A stretch of 64,000 nt of DNA from Octopus vulgaris (lineage: Eukaryota): positions 34,472,001-34,536,000 of the forward strand of contig OX597836.1 of assembly GCA_951406725.2 (NCBI GenBank), given 5' to 3'. The first letter of the stretch is position 1; each line of letters opens with the position of its first letter. The notes beneath the pieces are model-generated. The model worked only from the letters and a program-made list of their open reading frames with translations. It was not told where the DNA came from and did no database searches. The translations under genes were made by a program, and so were the position numbers. Of the stretch, positions 29,078-43,870 are shown piece by piece.

Positions 29078-29367
29078 TGGAGTCGCAATGGCCCAGTGGT
29101 TAATGCAGTGAACTCGCGGATGTAGGATTGCGGTTTCGATTCCCAGACAGGGCGTTGTGAGTGCTTATTGAACAAAAACACCTAAAGCTCCACGAGGCTC
29201 CGGCAGGAGACTCTTTCGCCACAACTTTCTCTCAATCTTTCTTCTGTTGGCCTGCCCGCTTAGCCAGCGGGGTGGCGTCATCTGAAGGCTAAAACAATGC
29301 GAAGCGCATTGTGACCAGCGATGTGTAGCAACATCTGATACCCTGGTCGGTCACGGTGATCACGGTG
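29078..29367 (+). mobile_element. SINE family C, tail type 3
   Basis: Same head and core; tail gcttagccagcggggtggcgtcat...tcacggtgatcacggtga. Confidence 0.8.
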
Positions 29368-29398
<31 letters not shown>

Positions 29399-29413
29399 AA
29401 TGTAGTATATATA

Positions 29414-29493
<80 letters not shown>

Positions 29494-29773
29494 AGAGTAG
29501 TACATGGCTGTGTTATTTTTTTAACCCCGCCATGGACGTTATGCTTCTTAAAGCATTTGAGTTAATTTTCTCTCTGTTGTCGCTTATTGTTCACCATGTA
29601 GACGGTACCATCTTTAATGTTTGTTTTCAATATGCCTGATTTTTTTTCTATCGCATCAAGCCCTTTTAAAAATCGATGGTTATCCAGTGTAATCCCTGCC
29701 CTGTTCTTTTTCGCACTGCTCCTCCTGTCCTACACGATGTCTTCTTTCCAGACATCTCGAATTGCAGATACAT

Positions 29774-29800
29774 CTAGCAGTGGTGGCGATCGACCTTTAT
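29774..29800 (-). CDS. Candidate last coding exon of an unidentified spliced minus-strand gene (IKVDRHHC*)
   Basis: Acceptor tttaactgtag|; unique sequence; in frame with the upstream candidate exons. Confidence 0.35.
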   Translation of the reverse strand: MKVDRHHC

Positions 29801-30303
29801 CTACAGTTAAATGTGTAATTCGAAAATATAGCACCAAGAAAAACTGTCATGTGAAAGCAAAATATGATCGTATTATTCCTAAGGATATAAAAATGGCAAT
29901 GTGTAAAAGAATGAAAGAATACGGAGGGGGAAAATATTGTATGATAATAGACAGTAGAAGAGTTGTCAGTTTCATGAGCATATCAACTCTTACAAATATA
30001 GCTTAAGCATAAAAACTCAACACTTTACACACACATTCATACGCGCACCGCGTTGTGTTGACATACAACATATGTAGCTGCAGACACTACTATCACGCTA
30101 ATACCATTTATTGCTGTTGATAGTGGGTTATTTAAAAGTTGGTTGAATGGGTTGTGCTGGTGGTGATATTGGTAATGGTGATGGTGTGGGGATTTAATGT
30201 TGCTGTCGTTGGTGGTTGTGCTCATTCTGGCTTTTCTAAATTGTATTGTTTTCGTTGGTGATTCTAGATATTGGTGGGGATGAAGCTTGATTTATACACA
30301 GGT

Positions 30304-30341
<38 letters not shown>

Positions 30342-30506
30342 ACACACTCATACATTCACATACATATATGTATGTAATAAGAGAATGAACAATCACAGTT
30401 CACTCCATGGCACACATGTTTCAGGAGCAATACATTCTATTGATTACACGTGTATTACGTCAAACAAAAAATTTATTCATATATATATATACAAGCATGC
30501 ATATAA

Positions 30507-30611
<105 letters not shown>

Positions 30612-30730
30612 CACAATTCTTATCTGCGCCCAGAAAGAATATACCAAACAGGAAAACGGGTTTGTGAAATTTGTTCGTAGAAGAAAACGTTATCAGTAAC
30701 ATAAAGAATGTCTTTGCATGGCAGACTTAC

Positions 30731-30786
30731 CCTCAAAGAATTCAGCATGCGTGTAAGAAATTCCTTCCTCTTTCTCTTCTTTACTA
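30731..30786 (-). CDS. Candidate internal exon (VKKRKRKEFLTRMLNSLR)
   Basis: Acceptor ttaactgttcag|, consensus donor AGG|gtaagt; 56 nt; unique sequence. Confidence 0.5.
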
Positions 30787-31476
30787 CTGAACAGTTAACG
30801 ACTCAGGATGAAAACAACACCAAAATCAAATATGCTTTTTTAAACAATAAACTGTTTTCTCCTTAAAGGAAACTTGAATGATGAATTTTGCTTAATATAT
30901 TTGTCTGAACTTAGGTAGGCCGTGCTGATGATTCTAACGTAGGATGAAACAGTACTATACATGGCTAACGAAAACTAGAAGCTTTAAGGACTTTATATTA
31001 TGCAAAAGAAGAAAACTTTAATGTGTATGCTATTTATCCTTTAACAGAAATTCCTCAACTTAGTTTAACCCCGAAGAGATGGTCATTCTTATAATAATAT
31101 CAATTCAACGGGAGTACACCACACGTGTGTGTATTCCTGTTGAGAGAGAGAGAGAGACAGAGAGAGACAGAGAGAGATGGATAGATAGATGGATAGATAG
31201 ATGGATAGACAGATAGACATTGTAACCCAACAAAATATATACAAGAAACACAATTATTGTATATTATTTATATACAATCGTATGTATATGTATGTATCGT
31301 GATTAGAGTTCTTCAAATTGCTAACAGTTAAATTTACTCATTAGGACAAAATTGCAGGCCGTATCCCAAATTTAGTTATCATAATTTTCAATATACGTAA
31401 ACACGACGAAACCACGTAAACTGAAGCAGTCGAAACGCAGGGATACATACATGCTCAGTTACATACATACATACAT

Positions 31477-31537
<61 letters not shown>

Positions 31538-31572
31538 TTTATTATATAGAAGGAGCTTCTACAGGACTAGAA

Positions 31573-31631
<59 letters not shown>

Positions 31632-31640
31632 TATAGAAGG

Positions 31641-31691
31641 AGCTTCTACAGGACTAGAACTGTTTCATTCAAGAGAAATCTTCAGGAAGCT
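31641..31691 (-). ncRNA. Type I hammerhead ribozyme (mirror of 32324-32374)
   Basis: Reverse complement of 32324-32374. Confidence 0.7.
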
Positions 31692-32323
31692 AGTTAACAA
31701 GAATTGTATTGGCATTTATACATTTAGGCAGGTTTAAAGGGGTGTTGGTGGGGGACTTTTTGGGGGTAGGCATAGCGCAAAATATCATACTTGGGGAGTG
31801 GTCAAGGAGTCAGTGTTAAATTAGATAGAAGAATAAATAAAAAATAAAAAAATAAAAAAATATTAAAAAAATATTAAAAAATATAAAAATATATATAAAA
31901 AATATATATATAAAAAAAGGGAATAGAGTTTTAGGTAAATAAGGAGATTCTCACTTATACCTATGCACATGTGTGTGTGTATGTGTATGTGTGTATGTAT
32001 ATGTATATATGTTTGTATGTGTGTGTATATATGTATACATATGTGCATAGGTATAAGTGAGAATCTCCTTATTTACCTAAAACTCTATTCCCTTTTTTTT
32101 TATATATATTTTTTTTATATATATTTTTATATTTTTTAATATTTTTTTAATATTTTTTTATTTTTTTATTTTTTTATTTATTCTTCTATCTAATTTAACA
32201 CTGACTCCTTGACCACTCCCCCAAGTATGATATTTTGCGCTATGCCTACCCCCAAAAAGTCCCCCACCAACACCCCTTTAAACCTGCCTAAATGTATAAA
32301 TGCCAATACAATTCTTGTTAACT

Positions 32324-32374
32324 AGCTTCCTGAAGATTTCTCTTGAATGAAACAGTTCTAGTCCTGTAGAAGCT
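32324..32374 (+). ncRNA. Type I hammerhead ribozyme
   Basis: agcttc-CTGAAGA-t-ttc(tctt)gaa-t-GAA-acag(ttctagtc)ctgt-A-gaagct; 6-bp stem I, 4-bp stem III, GUA site; U.U at the base of stem II. Confidence 0.7.
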
Positions 32375-32457
32375 CCTTCTATATAATAAATTAATTTTAC
32401 TCTGCTATGTATTGAGTACCTTATTTACTGTGGTTAACCCCGAATCAACCCGGGACC

Positions 32458-32497
<40 letters not shown>

Positions 32498-32528
32498 CAA
32501 AATAAGCAACAAGGATATCCAGAGGTAA

Positions 32529-32616
32529 TGCAGTACGATCGTTTCGCACAACTCCTTTTAATTGAACAATGCAATCATTACATCAATTTAAAAATGCAGA
32601 GCAATCTTCAGCTGCA
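32529..32616 (-). ncRNA. Type I hammerhead motif with long, imperfect stem II
   Basis: Minus: tgcag-CTGAAGA-...-GAA-ACGATCGT-A-ctgca; 5-bp stem I, palindromic stem III, GUA site. Confidence 0.6.
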
Positions 32617-33074
32617 CAAAGACAAGGAATTTAATTAAAGATTTTATGTATAATTATAGTAATATGTCCATCTGTTCTGATTTAATTAAATTCTATGTCA
32701 TTGTAGACGCGTGTCTATTCTCGTAGCCCCGGGTAGATCAATCCGTTGTAAGTGAAACAAGGTTATCCAAAAAAAAAAGTCATTCGGAAAATCATTCCTG
32801 TTTTTGGGTCTTCGGTTTATGGCGTGGCCCACTTTAAACACCAACATCTGGTCCTTAGTTAACTCAAGCACAGTCCACTCGGTCTCTTATTTTCTATGAT
32901 TTGTAGTCGTATCTGTGGTAAAAAGATAACTCCCTTCTCTCCCCGCATCAGTCTCAGGGATCCCTGGAAAGAATAACAATAGAATTAATACGTCACCTAC
33001 TTTAAACACCACCATCAAGCCCACAGTAAACTCAAGCGAAGTTCAGTCTGTCACCTTAATTTTGGGTTGTATTC

Positions 33075-33350
33075 CTGGTCAAATGTCGCTAGAAGCTAGG
33101 ATCACCAAGCATAGACTGGCATATTTTGATCATATTATGCGGAGAAAATCCCTGGAGAAGGACATCATGCTCGGAATGGTCAGTGGCAAGAGAGGAAGAG
33201 GCCAACCAAGAACCCGCTGGCTTGACACCATCAAGAGTGATACCGGAATGGACATAGCCAACCCGAAAGAAGCGGCCCAGGATAGAACTGACTGGAGGAC
33301 ACTGATCCATCGAGTAACCGAGAGTCGACTTCGAATGAGCGGATAGATAG
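33075..33350 (+). mobile_element. RTE (BovB-like) LINE 3' end
   Basis: SLEARITKHRLAYFDHIMRRKSLEKDIMLGMVSGKRGRGQPRTRWLDTIK...AQDRTDWR is a typical RTE C-terminus; (GATA) tail. Confidence 0.88.
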
Positions 33351-33983
33351 ATTCCTGGTTAAAAAAAAGTATAAAACTCTTTCCCGCCCCAGATCTGTCT
33401 CGGCTGCGTCCCTGGAAAGAATCACGGGCGCCGACCTTCCTCCTGCGACTATGTCATTAAAAGAAAACTCTAGTTACGCAGAATCGGCTGTAACTTTATA
33501 ATTATATTATAATTAATGACTATCTAAAGATCTAGGATAATAGAGTCAACCACAACAACAACAACAATGACAAGAACAACAATAAACAACGACGATTAGT
33601 CTCGACCTTAGCAGATTGACTTGACCTTTTACCGGAAGCTAACCAATTTCTACTGAGATAATTTCGGCTGTGACCGGAAATATCCAACGTCTAACGATAT
33701 CCAAATCCAAATCAAACAGATTCTTCTTTGTTATAGTTTAGACGGCATGTGTGTGTGTATGTATGAGTGTGTGTGTGTGTGTGAGAGAGAGTGTGTGTGT
33801 ACACGTGTGTGCATATGTGTGTGTGGGTGTATACGTGTGTGCGTTGAAATATAAGTTTATATGTATCTTTATACGTACAAACACACCCGAACTCGCACGC
33901 TCACACACATAATTGTATGTGCGTATGTATATATATACATATATATATATATATATACATATATATATACATATATATATATA

Positions 33984-34166
33984 CTCTTTTACTTATTTCA
34001 GTTATTTGACTGCGGTCATACTAGAGCACCACCTTTAGTCAAGCAAATCGACCCCAGGACTTATTCTTTGTAAGCCTAGTATATATTACGGAGACGTAAA
34101 CACACAACCATCGGTTGTCAAGAGATGTTGGGGGACAAACACAAACACATAAACACACACACATAC

Positions 34167-34222
<56 letters not shown>

Positions 34223-34425
34223 ACGTGTGTGTGTGTACATACATATACATATATATATATATATATACATATATACGACGGGCTTCTTTCAGTTTCCGTC
34301 TATCAAATCCACTCACAAGGCTTTGGTTGGCCCGAGGCTATAGTAGAAGACACTTGCCTAAGGTGCCACACTGTGGGAATGAACCCGGAACCATGTGATT
34401 GGTAAGCAAGCTACTTACCACACAG
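33984..34425 (-). mobile_element. SINE family A with expanded internal microsatellite
   Basis: Family A head and tail on the minus strand. Confidence 0.85.
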
Positions 34426-34654
34426 GGTAAATTTAATTACCCTTTTATTATTAATATTGAAATTATAATTTATTTTCTGATCGAACACTGCAGTTTCTGA
34501 GTGATTGCCTGTAACATACATGTGGGTATTAATAGTAGATACGTGTTCACATTCGGCTGTATATTTTTGGACGTGTTGGTTGGATATCACTTATGCGATG
34601 GCACTCGATCGCGTACATATTTAATCCTAGCTCTCTCAAATTTATATTTGAAAC

Positions 34655-34721
34655 GCTGCACTGAAGAGGTGAAATAAGTAGTAAATATAACTTTACTTTA
34701 ATCCCGAAACGCGTATGTAGC
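34655..34721 (+). ncRNA. Type I hammerhead ribozyme
   Basis: gctgca-CTGAAGA-gg...cc-GAA-ACGCGT-A-tgtagc; 6-bp stem I, G-C at the base of stem II, palindromic stem III, GUA at 34713-34715. Confidence 0.72.
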
Positions 34722-34732
34722 TAATTTGAGTC

Positions 34733-35058
34733 GTCGTGGATTCGTTGTTTTTTTTACCGACGTAAAAAGTGTGTTACTGTCAGGGAGATCTTTATGGTAG
34801 CAGAAAAGGAATTAAGTACCAGTTACGTACTGGGGTCGATCTAATCGACTGGCCCCCACCCCAAAAATTTCGGGCCTTGTGTCTAGATCAGAGGTCGTGG
34901 ATTCGTTGTTTTTTTTTGTGCCGACGTAAAAAAGTGTGTTACTGTCAGGGAGATCTTTATGGTAGCAGAAAAGGAATTAAGTACCAGTTGCGTACTGGGG
35001 TCGATCTAATTGACTGGCCCTCACCCCAAAAATTTCGGGCCTTGTGCCTAGATCAGAG
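34733..35058 (+). repeat. Tandem duplication, two units of ~162 bp
   Basis: tcgtggattcgttgttttt...aaatttcgggccttgtg.ctagatcagag repeated twice with few differences. Confidence 0.9.
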
Positions 35059-35349
35059 AAGAATATACATTATATGTACACCACTTCAAGCACTCTATAC
35101 ATATATACATATGTGTGTGTGTGTGTGTGTGTATACAGACATACACATGTATGTGTGTGTATGCACACGATGACGCCTGTTCATAAACATACACACACAA
35201 CACACTCCCACATACACCCATGTGCGTGCTCACAGACGCACGGACTGTTTCTGATAGCTTTTTTTTTTTTTAGGGTCTTTTTTTTTGCACTCTACATGAT
35301 ATCTTGTATATCCATTTAAGACATAAAACGATATGAAACCTAAATATAC

Positions 35350-35453
35350 CTCTGCAAGAAGCAGGTAAATATTCTGCTGCTGTTTGCAATAGGCCAACGT
35401 CCTGTGAGACATCGTTTACTATCATCAGGCTGGATTTACTAACAAATAAGAAA
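35350..35453 (-). CDS. Candidate internal exon (FLFVSKSSLMIVNDVSQDVGLLQTAAEYLPASCR)
   Basis: Long polypyrimidine tract then ttgcag|; donor GAG|gtatat; 104 nt with only one fully open frame. Confidence 0.5.
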
Positions 35454-35479
35454 CTGCAAGGAAGAAAGAGAGATAAAGA

Positions 35480-35520
<41 letters not shown>

Positions 35521-35862
35521 ATCTGGAACAAAAGGAAATAGAAAAAAAGGTAAAGCAAGAAAAAAACAGCCAGCAAGAAAGGGGTTCTAGAAAAGAAATT
35601 GTGAAGTGAAAACAGAATAAAATAATGGCTTCTAAGATTGGCACAAAGCCAAAAATTTTTTGGGGAAGCGTATTTGTCGATTAAATCAACCCAGGTGTTT
35701 GGTTGGTGCTTTATCGATCCCAGATGGACAAAACGCAAGATTGACTTTGGTTGGATACGAACGCAGAACGTAAAGAAATTGCAAAAAATTATACGAGTCA
35801 GTTTCTCCTATGGTAACGTGTTTACTGTGCATCGCCTTGAATGGATAATAATTGTAATATTA

Positions 35863-35935
<73 letters not shown>

Positions 35936-35964
35936 TGATGATGATAATAATAATAATAATAATA

Positions 35965-36415
35965 AAATATTCTGCTCAATACCACAGATTTGTTTGTCAG
36001 TTGTTTGACTTTAACCAGTTGAGCATGTCCCTTGGTGGCTGACGATATGTGCATCTCTGATCACGAGCAGAAGTAGTGGGGGAGCATCATAGCCATGTGT
36101 TGAGAGGGATTCTTTGGGGTTTGAATAATTCACCTCTGGAAACATGGGTGGTTCTTTCAACATCCTTAAACAACCCTTATTCAGGGACCTTTTGAGCGGG
36201 ATGGGCTACCCAACCTGAAGAAAATTCTAACTGGGCCCCACCTGCAAGGTCATGTGCTGTTTATCTTGATATGAGATCACCATGTCGCGCACATATGGTT
36301 GTGATGCATGTGCCTGGTGTACCCTTATCAGACGGGTAGTCATGATGGGTATATTGGGCTTCGTATATTTTAACCCCAGTGTCACTTTGATGGCATGAAC
36401 TGCTCTCTCACTCAA
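35965..36415. mobile_element. Non-coding insertion within an (AAT)n tract, possibly the 3' UTR of a microsatellite-targeting LINE
   Basis: Complex 450-bp sequence bounded on both sides by AAT repeats, next to R4/Dong fragments; family not identified. Confidence 0.4.
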
Positions 36416-36465
36416 TAATAATAATAATAATTATAATAACGATAATAACAATGATAATAATAATG

Positions 36466-36560
<95 letters not shown>

Positions 36561-36573
36561 TATAATAATAATG

Positions 36574-36630
<57 letters not shown>

Positions 36631-36632
<2 letters not shown>

Positions 36633-37390
36633 CTCTGGATGTAAAGTCTAATCTCTGGATGTAAAGTCTAATCTCTGGATGTAAAGTCTAATCTCTGGAT
36701 GTAAAGTCTTAGCACCAGTGGAGTATAAATTAAGACATGACAGAGTTGGCCAATATCTCCACTGGCTAATAAGTCGGCATTACATTATCAAAACTGCCGA
36801 CAAGTGGTATAATCACCACCCTGAGGCTGTAACTGAAGGAGAAAATGTAACCATTCTGTGGGACTTTCCAGTACATACAGACCGAACCATCAAGGCCAAT
36901 AAACCAGATATTGTTGTGAAAGACCAAAACAATAAAGTTTGCTTATTGATCGACAAGAGTATCCCCTGTGATCATAATATCTCAGCGAAAGAGTTTGACA
37001 AGCTCAGAAAATATAAAGACCTACTCATTGAAATTGAGAAAATGTGGCATCTCAAGGCGGTTACAATACCAGTGATCGTAGGAGCACTAGGAATGATCAA
37101 GAAGGGAACCGAAAATTATATGAGAATGATCCCTGGCTTACCATCCCTGCAAGAAGTGCAAAAGATTGTCTTAACTGGTACATCACACGTATTGAGAAGA
37201 GCATTGTCGATGTGAGAACTGTTGCTGCTCATGTATTTTAATTTAACTTTAAAAAAAAAAAAAAAAAAAAAATGAACGAACTACTGAGTTTGGTTTAATG
37301 GCCTACCAATGTATACTATGAGTTTCTTTGCCCTAGGAGTCGGGAAGTAACCCGGCAAGAAATGGAAGCAAATTTGAAAGAAGAAAAAAA
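36631..37390 (+). mobile_element. R4/Dong-clade LINE 3' fragment (restriction-like endonuclease domain) in (TAA)n
   Basis: ISGC...EYKLRHDRV...LWDFPVHTD...NKPDIVV...LID...KLRKYKDL...IPVIVGALG; RHD and PD-(D/E)xK-type motifs. Confidence 0.9.
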
Positions 37391-37396
37391 AAGGTA

Positions 37397-38060
<664 letters not shown>

Positions 38061-38699
38061 AATAATAATAATGTTCTTTTTCTAATATTGGCACAAAGCC
38101 AGTAAATTTGAGGGTATGTGCCTAGTCGGTTACATCGACTCCGGCATTTGACTGGTACTTTAATTTTATCTTAGCATTGTTCGTTGCTTTTTATTAAAAC
38201 CTATATTTCACTGACTCCACGTAATCGAACAAAATTGATTTGCGGTATTTCATCTGCTATTTTGTGCTCTCTGCTTATATCTGAGGTCAGCTTTGATTTT
38301 ATTTTATTATAGGTTGATAAAGTATCACTCAAGCATTTGAGTCAATTTAATCGACTAACTTCTACGAAATTTCTGATTAATTTAAGAAGCCAATATATTT
38401 TTCTCTCTGTCTTCTCTTAACCACTCTTAGCCTATATATCAATATATTTTAAGAAGCATGCTATATAACTGGCAAATGTGAACGTCACGTCTTTATATTC
38501 AACTCGCCTCCATGGAAGCGTTATGTATGCAAATCGGTTAGTTCCGTTTTATGTAAGCCCATAGCAATAACAGATATATGAAAAGCATATCTAAAAACAG
38601 TTAAAGTGAATCCCCATCACAAGACAGAAAGTAGTTTTTCTGTGCAAGATTATATTGTATATAAATGTGTGTGTGTGTTCACGTCTGAGTACATCCTTC

Positions 38700-38764
<65 letters not shown>

Positions 38765-38794
38765 TGTTGTTGTTGTTGTTGTTGTTGTTGCTGT

Positions 38795-39174
38795 TTGTTT
38801 ATTTGTTGAGCGAAGCGGTCTTCGTCCCAGTGCTCGCAGTGGGAGAAGTCCGAAACGTTTGTCCTTTGCTATTCGTAAGACCCTCAGAAGAGAAAGCAGG
38901 TCAACCCCCGACACCGAGAGCATCGGCGGATGGATGAATGCGCATCCAGGCTCAGCGGTTGCGTAGGAAGTAGGGGAGAAGAAACAGGAAGAAAGAGTGA
39001 GAGAAAGTTTGGGGGCGAAAGAGTACCACAGGGGTCGCCGTCACCACAACCTGCCGGAGCCTCGTGGAGCTTAAGGCGTTTTCGCTCAATAAACACACAC
39101 AACGTCTGGGAATTGAAACCGCGATCCTCCGACCGCGACTCCGCTGCCTTAACCACTGGGCCATTGCGCCTCCA
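38795..39174 (-). mobile_element. SINE family C, tail type 4, ending in (AAC)n
   Basis: Family C head on the minus strand from 39174; distinct tail ...cgcattcatccatccgccgatgctctcgg... Confidence 0.8.
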
Positions 39175-39231
39175 CTGTTGTTGCTGGTGTAGGACGCGGC
39201 TGAAAATCTGTAGATATCTTCTGTAGTAATA

Positions 39232-39627
39232 TCTTTATATATAAAAGTCAAGTTGTGTGTCTGTCTCCTACGATTTAGATTCCTAACTACTCCCACATTT
39301 TGCGGTGCAGTTTAACCAAAACCGGGTATCTTATAGTCGTGATTCATATCAAGCCCTTCTGGGTATTAGCGCGCGTCTACGATGAGTCTACGATTTTTAA
39401 AAATAATTAACATCATTTTTTCCCATTTTAATGCATTTTTTCCGCTATTATATAAGGGAAGTAACTCTCTAAAAATGTCTACGATGAGTCAACGATTTAA
39501 AAAAAATTACCATAATTTTTTTCCATTTTTAATGCATTCTTTTGCTATTTTTTGGCTATAACTCTCTAAAAATGCTTATATAGTTATTTCCCTTACAAAC
39601 CCGAGCAACACCGGGCGATACTGCTAG
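39232..39627 (+). mobile_element. Non-autonomous Helitron
   Basis: A|TC...CTAG|T with subterminal hairpin; homologous to 11058-11455. Confidence 0.85.
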
Positions 39628-39776
39628 TTATTTATAACACTGAAACAAGCGCATCACTCTCAGCACGTCAGTCATTTCTTAATCGAATAAGCTTGCCAAG
39701 AATGCTACTCAAGTCACACTCACTTGTGCCCGGTTATGCAGCACAGGCAGACAATTGAAACATGCTACCGAGGAGA

Positions 39777-40671
<895 letters not shown>

Positions 40672-40675
<4 letters not shown>

Positions 40676-42597
40676 AAAGACTGGAGCTGGAAAAACTTCA
40701 TCTGCAGACTAACATGAAAACCTCCATTGAAAATCAAAGAGCTGTGGAGGAACAATGGGTAATCAAAAACATCAAACAGAACCCAAAAGTGTTCTATTCA
40801 TATGCAAATAAGCATAGAACCACTGTCTCACCCATTGGACCATTGATTGATGATAACGGCATTCCCCAACACGATTCTAAAGAAATGGCAGAAATACTGC
40901 AGAAACAATACTGCTCTGTCTTCAGTGTTCCCACTGATATTGACGTGAGGGAAACGAACGAAGTTAACTCCCAACACGAAATCGCAGACATAACCTTCAC
41001 TGCCACCGACATCGTAGCAGCAATAAATGAGGTCAAACATTACTCTGCTGTAAGCCCTGATAGATTTCCCGCTAGTCTCCTGAAGGAATGTAGATATCAA
41101 CTTGCAGTCCCTCTGACCAACCTCTGGAGAAATTCGTTAGACGCAGGTTATATACCGAAACAGTTTCTATCCCAGTCGGTCATCCCGGTTTTCAAACAGG
41201 GAAACAGATCCCTCGCAGTCAACTATCGCCCAATCTCACTCACCTCCCACATCATTAAAGTGTTTGAAAGAGTGTTAAGATCAAGGATAGCTGACTTCCT
41301 GGAGACCCACAAACTCCTAAATTCAAATCAGCATGGCTTTCGCTGTGGCAGGGACTGTCTAACACAGCTCTTACACCACATTGAAGATGTACTCAAAGCC
41401 TTGGGAACAGGTTCGAACTCTGACGTCATATATCTTGACTTCAGTAAAGCGTTCGACAGGGTAGACCATAACATCCTACTCTCAAAATTGGCAATTGTTG
41501 GAATCCGTGGAAAAGTTCTACACTGGATTAAGTATTTCCTGGCGAATAGAACACAACATGTTGTAGTTGATGGAGTCCACTCAAACCCAGCAAAAGTCAC
41601 CAGCGGTGTTCCCCAGAGAACTGTTTTGGGTCCGCTACTCTTCATAATTTACGTAAACGACCTTTCCAGTGTCGTACATCACTGCAAAGTGAAAATATTC
41701 GCTGATGACACTAAGCTCCAGCAAATCGTCAATGAAGAAGCAGACCGAACTCAACTCCAGTCTGATCTATATGCTGTGAGTCAATGGGCAGACAGAAACA
41801 AAATGCAACTGAATGAGGGAAAATTTGAGCTGATGCATTTTGGAAGAAATTCCTCACTAAAACAACCATACACTCTTCCTTCAGGGGAACCGCTCACAGC
41901 CTCTAACAATATCAGAGACCTGGGTGTAATTGTTGATGACGATCTCAGTTGGAGTGCACACATCAACAAGAAGGTCGATATAGCTCGTAGGATGAGTTCC
42001 TGGATCTTAAGAACTTTCCGGTCCAGAGAACAAGGTGTCATCATACCACTTTTTTCCTCCTTTGTACGGCCACACCTTGAATACTGCTGCCCACTGTGGT
42101 CTCCTCACACAAGACAAAACATCTCCAGAATTGAGTCATCCCAGAGGGCTCTCACTAAACAAATTGAAGGCATGGCTGCTCTCGATTATTGGGAAATATA
42201 CCGCCAACTTTGCCCAAACGACCTAAACATTAGCTTCAAGGTTCATCCAAGACTTGGACCACGGGCTATACGTCCCCTGCCAAATTCAAGATCACAACAT
42301 ACATGTACACTGCAACATAATTTCTTTTCCTCAACAGGCCCTGCCCTATTTAACATTGTCCCGAGGGAGATCAAAGAGGAAAAGGATCCCATCAACTTTA
42401 AACAGAGTCTGGATAGATTCCTTCAAAGAATACCAGATAAGCCACCCATAATTGGATACAACTCACCCAACAAGAACTCACTACTTGAACAAAACTTGAC
42501 TTAAACAGTATTCGAATAATCCTATCAGGTGGTGCTATTAAGTTAGACATGGCCTGGACCAATCTCTGGTCGAAACATATCTAAGTTTATCTAAGTT

Positions 42598-42600
<3 letters not shown>
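40672..42600 (+). mobile_element. 5'-truncated CR1-clade LINE with an open RT-containing frame (to 42504), inserted in (AAT)n
   Basis: NYRPISLTS, QHGFR, YLDFSKAFDRV, SGVPQRTVLGPLLF, IFADDTK, RDLGV, VRPHLEYC; (CTAAGTTTAT)2 tail; no endonuclease domain; probable in-frame deletion near 42195. Confidence 0.93.
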
Positions 42601-42640
<40 letters not shown>

Positions 42641-42652
42641 GTAATAATAATA

Positions 42653-42807
<155 letters not shown>

Positions 42808-43132
42808 TTAGAATAATAAATCATAATTTAGAATAATAAATCATAATAATAAAGCCATATGAAAAAAGGTTCCCAGTGAGTTATGTAAACAAATTATATA
42901 TATATATGTACCATCAGAAGACGGAAGAGTAAACCTAGATTTATCAGAAAGCACCAGGCTTACTTTAGCAGGTAATTTTTCCTCGTAAAACTAGTCTTGT
43001 GTTATATTTTCCTGTCATGTTAATCTTTACTCTTTCCTGTTAAACTCGTGGCGTATCACTCATTTGTGTTATTCATAACAGCAATATGTTTGTGTGCGTG
43101 CGTATGCATGTGTGTGTGTGTGTGTGTGTGTA

Positions 43133-43181
<49 letters not shown>

Positions 43182-43278
43182 GATAGATAGATACATATAT
43201 ATATAACGAGAAATAGGGTTACTTCTCTCAATTCTCTTCTTTGGCTAATATATATATGTAATTTGTATGTACATATCT

Positions 43279-43360
<82 letters not shown>

Positions 43361-43411
43361 CTATATATACATATTTATATGTATATATATATGTGTGTGC
43401 ATATCTATCAT

Positions 43412-43448
<37 letters not shown>

Positions 43449-43593
43449 ATGTGTGTGTGTGTATTTGTATAATTTATGTATGTATATATACGTGTATACA
43501 AAATTGTATATATTGTCTTAATATTTGGGATTATTGTTTTAAATGCGTGTGTACCTGTGTGCGTGTGCGTGTGTGTATGTGTGTATGTGTATC

Positions 43594-43627
<34 letters not shown>

Positions 43628-43744
43628 ACGTGTGTGTGAATGTGTGTATTTGTATGATGCCGATCTGGTAATCCTATTAGTCTACAAGTAGGAAAGCGCA
43701 CAATGTTAAACACAGAACGTTATATAATTTTGTTTTATTCATAC

Positions 43745-43800
43745 GTTTGCGGCATGGCCACCGATGTATCAGCCAAGCGCCATGAAACTGAGCTGTGGCC
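43745..43800 (-). CDS. Candidate internal exon (GHSSVSWRLADTSVAMPQ)
   Basis: Acceptor tttttattgtaatttcag|, donor AAC|gtatga; 56 nt; GC-rich island among repeats. Confidence 0.45.
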
Positions 43801-43870
43801 CTGAAATTACAATAAAAATAAACACATTGTGTGTGTACCTGCGCGCGCGCTTGTGTGTATGTGTGTTTGA

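Larger units (their letters stand above)
31622..32393. repeat. Near-perfect long inverted repeat (~350-bp arms, ~70-bp TG/TA spacer), Penelope pseudo-LTR-like
   Basis: 31622-31970 is the reverse complement of 32041-32393 apart from small homopolymer/TA differences; an extra partial copy sits at 31533-31576. Confidence 0.92.

Noticed and set aside
38489-38600. Extra minus-strand exon (tttttag| ... |gtgacg)
   Set aside because: Stops in all three frames and a weak donor.
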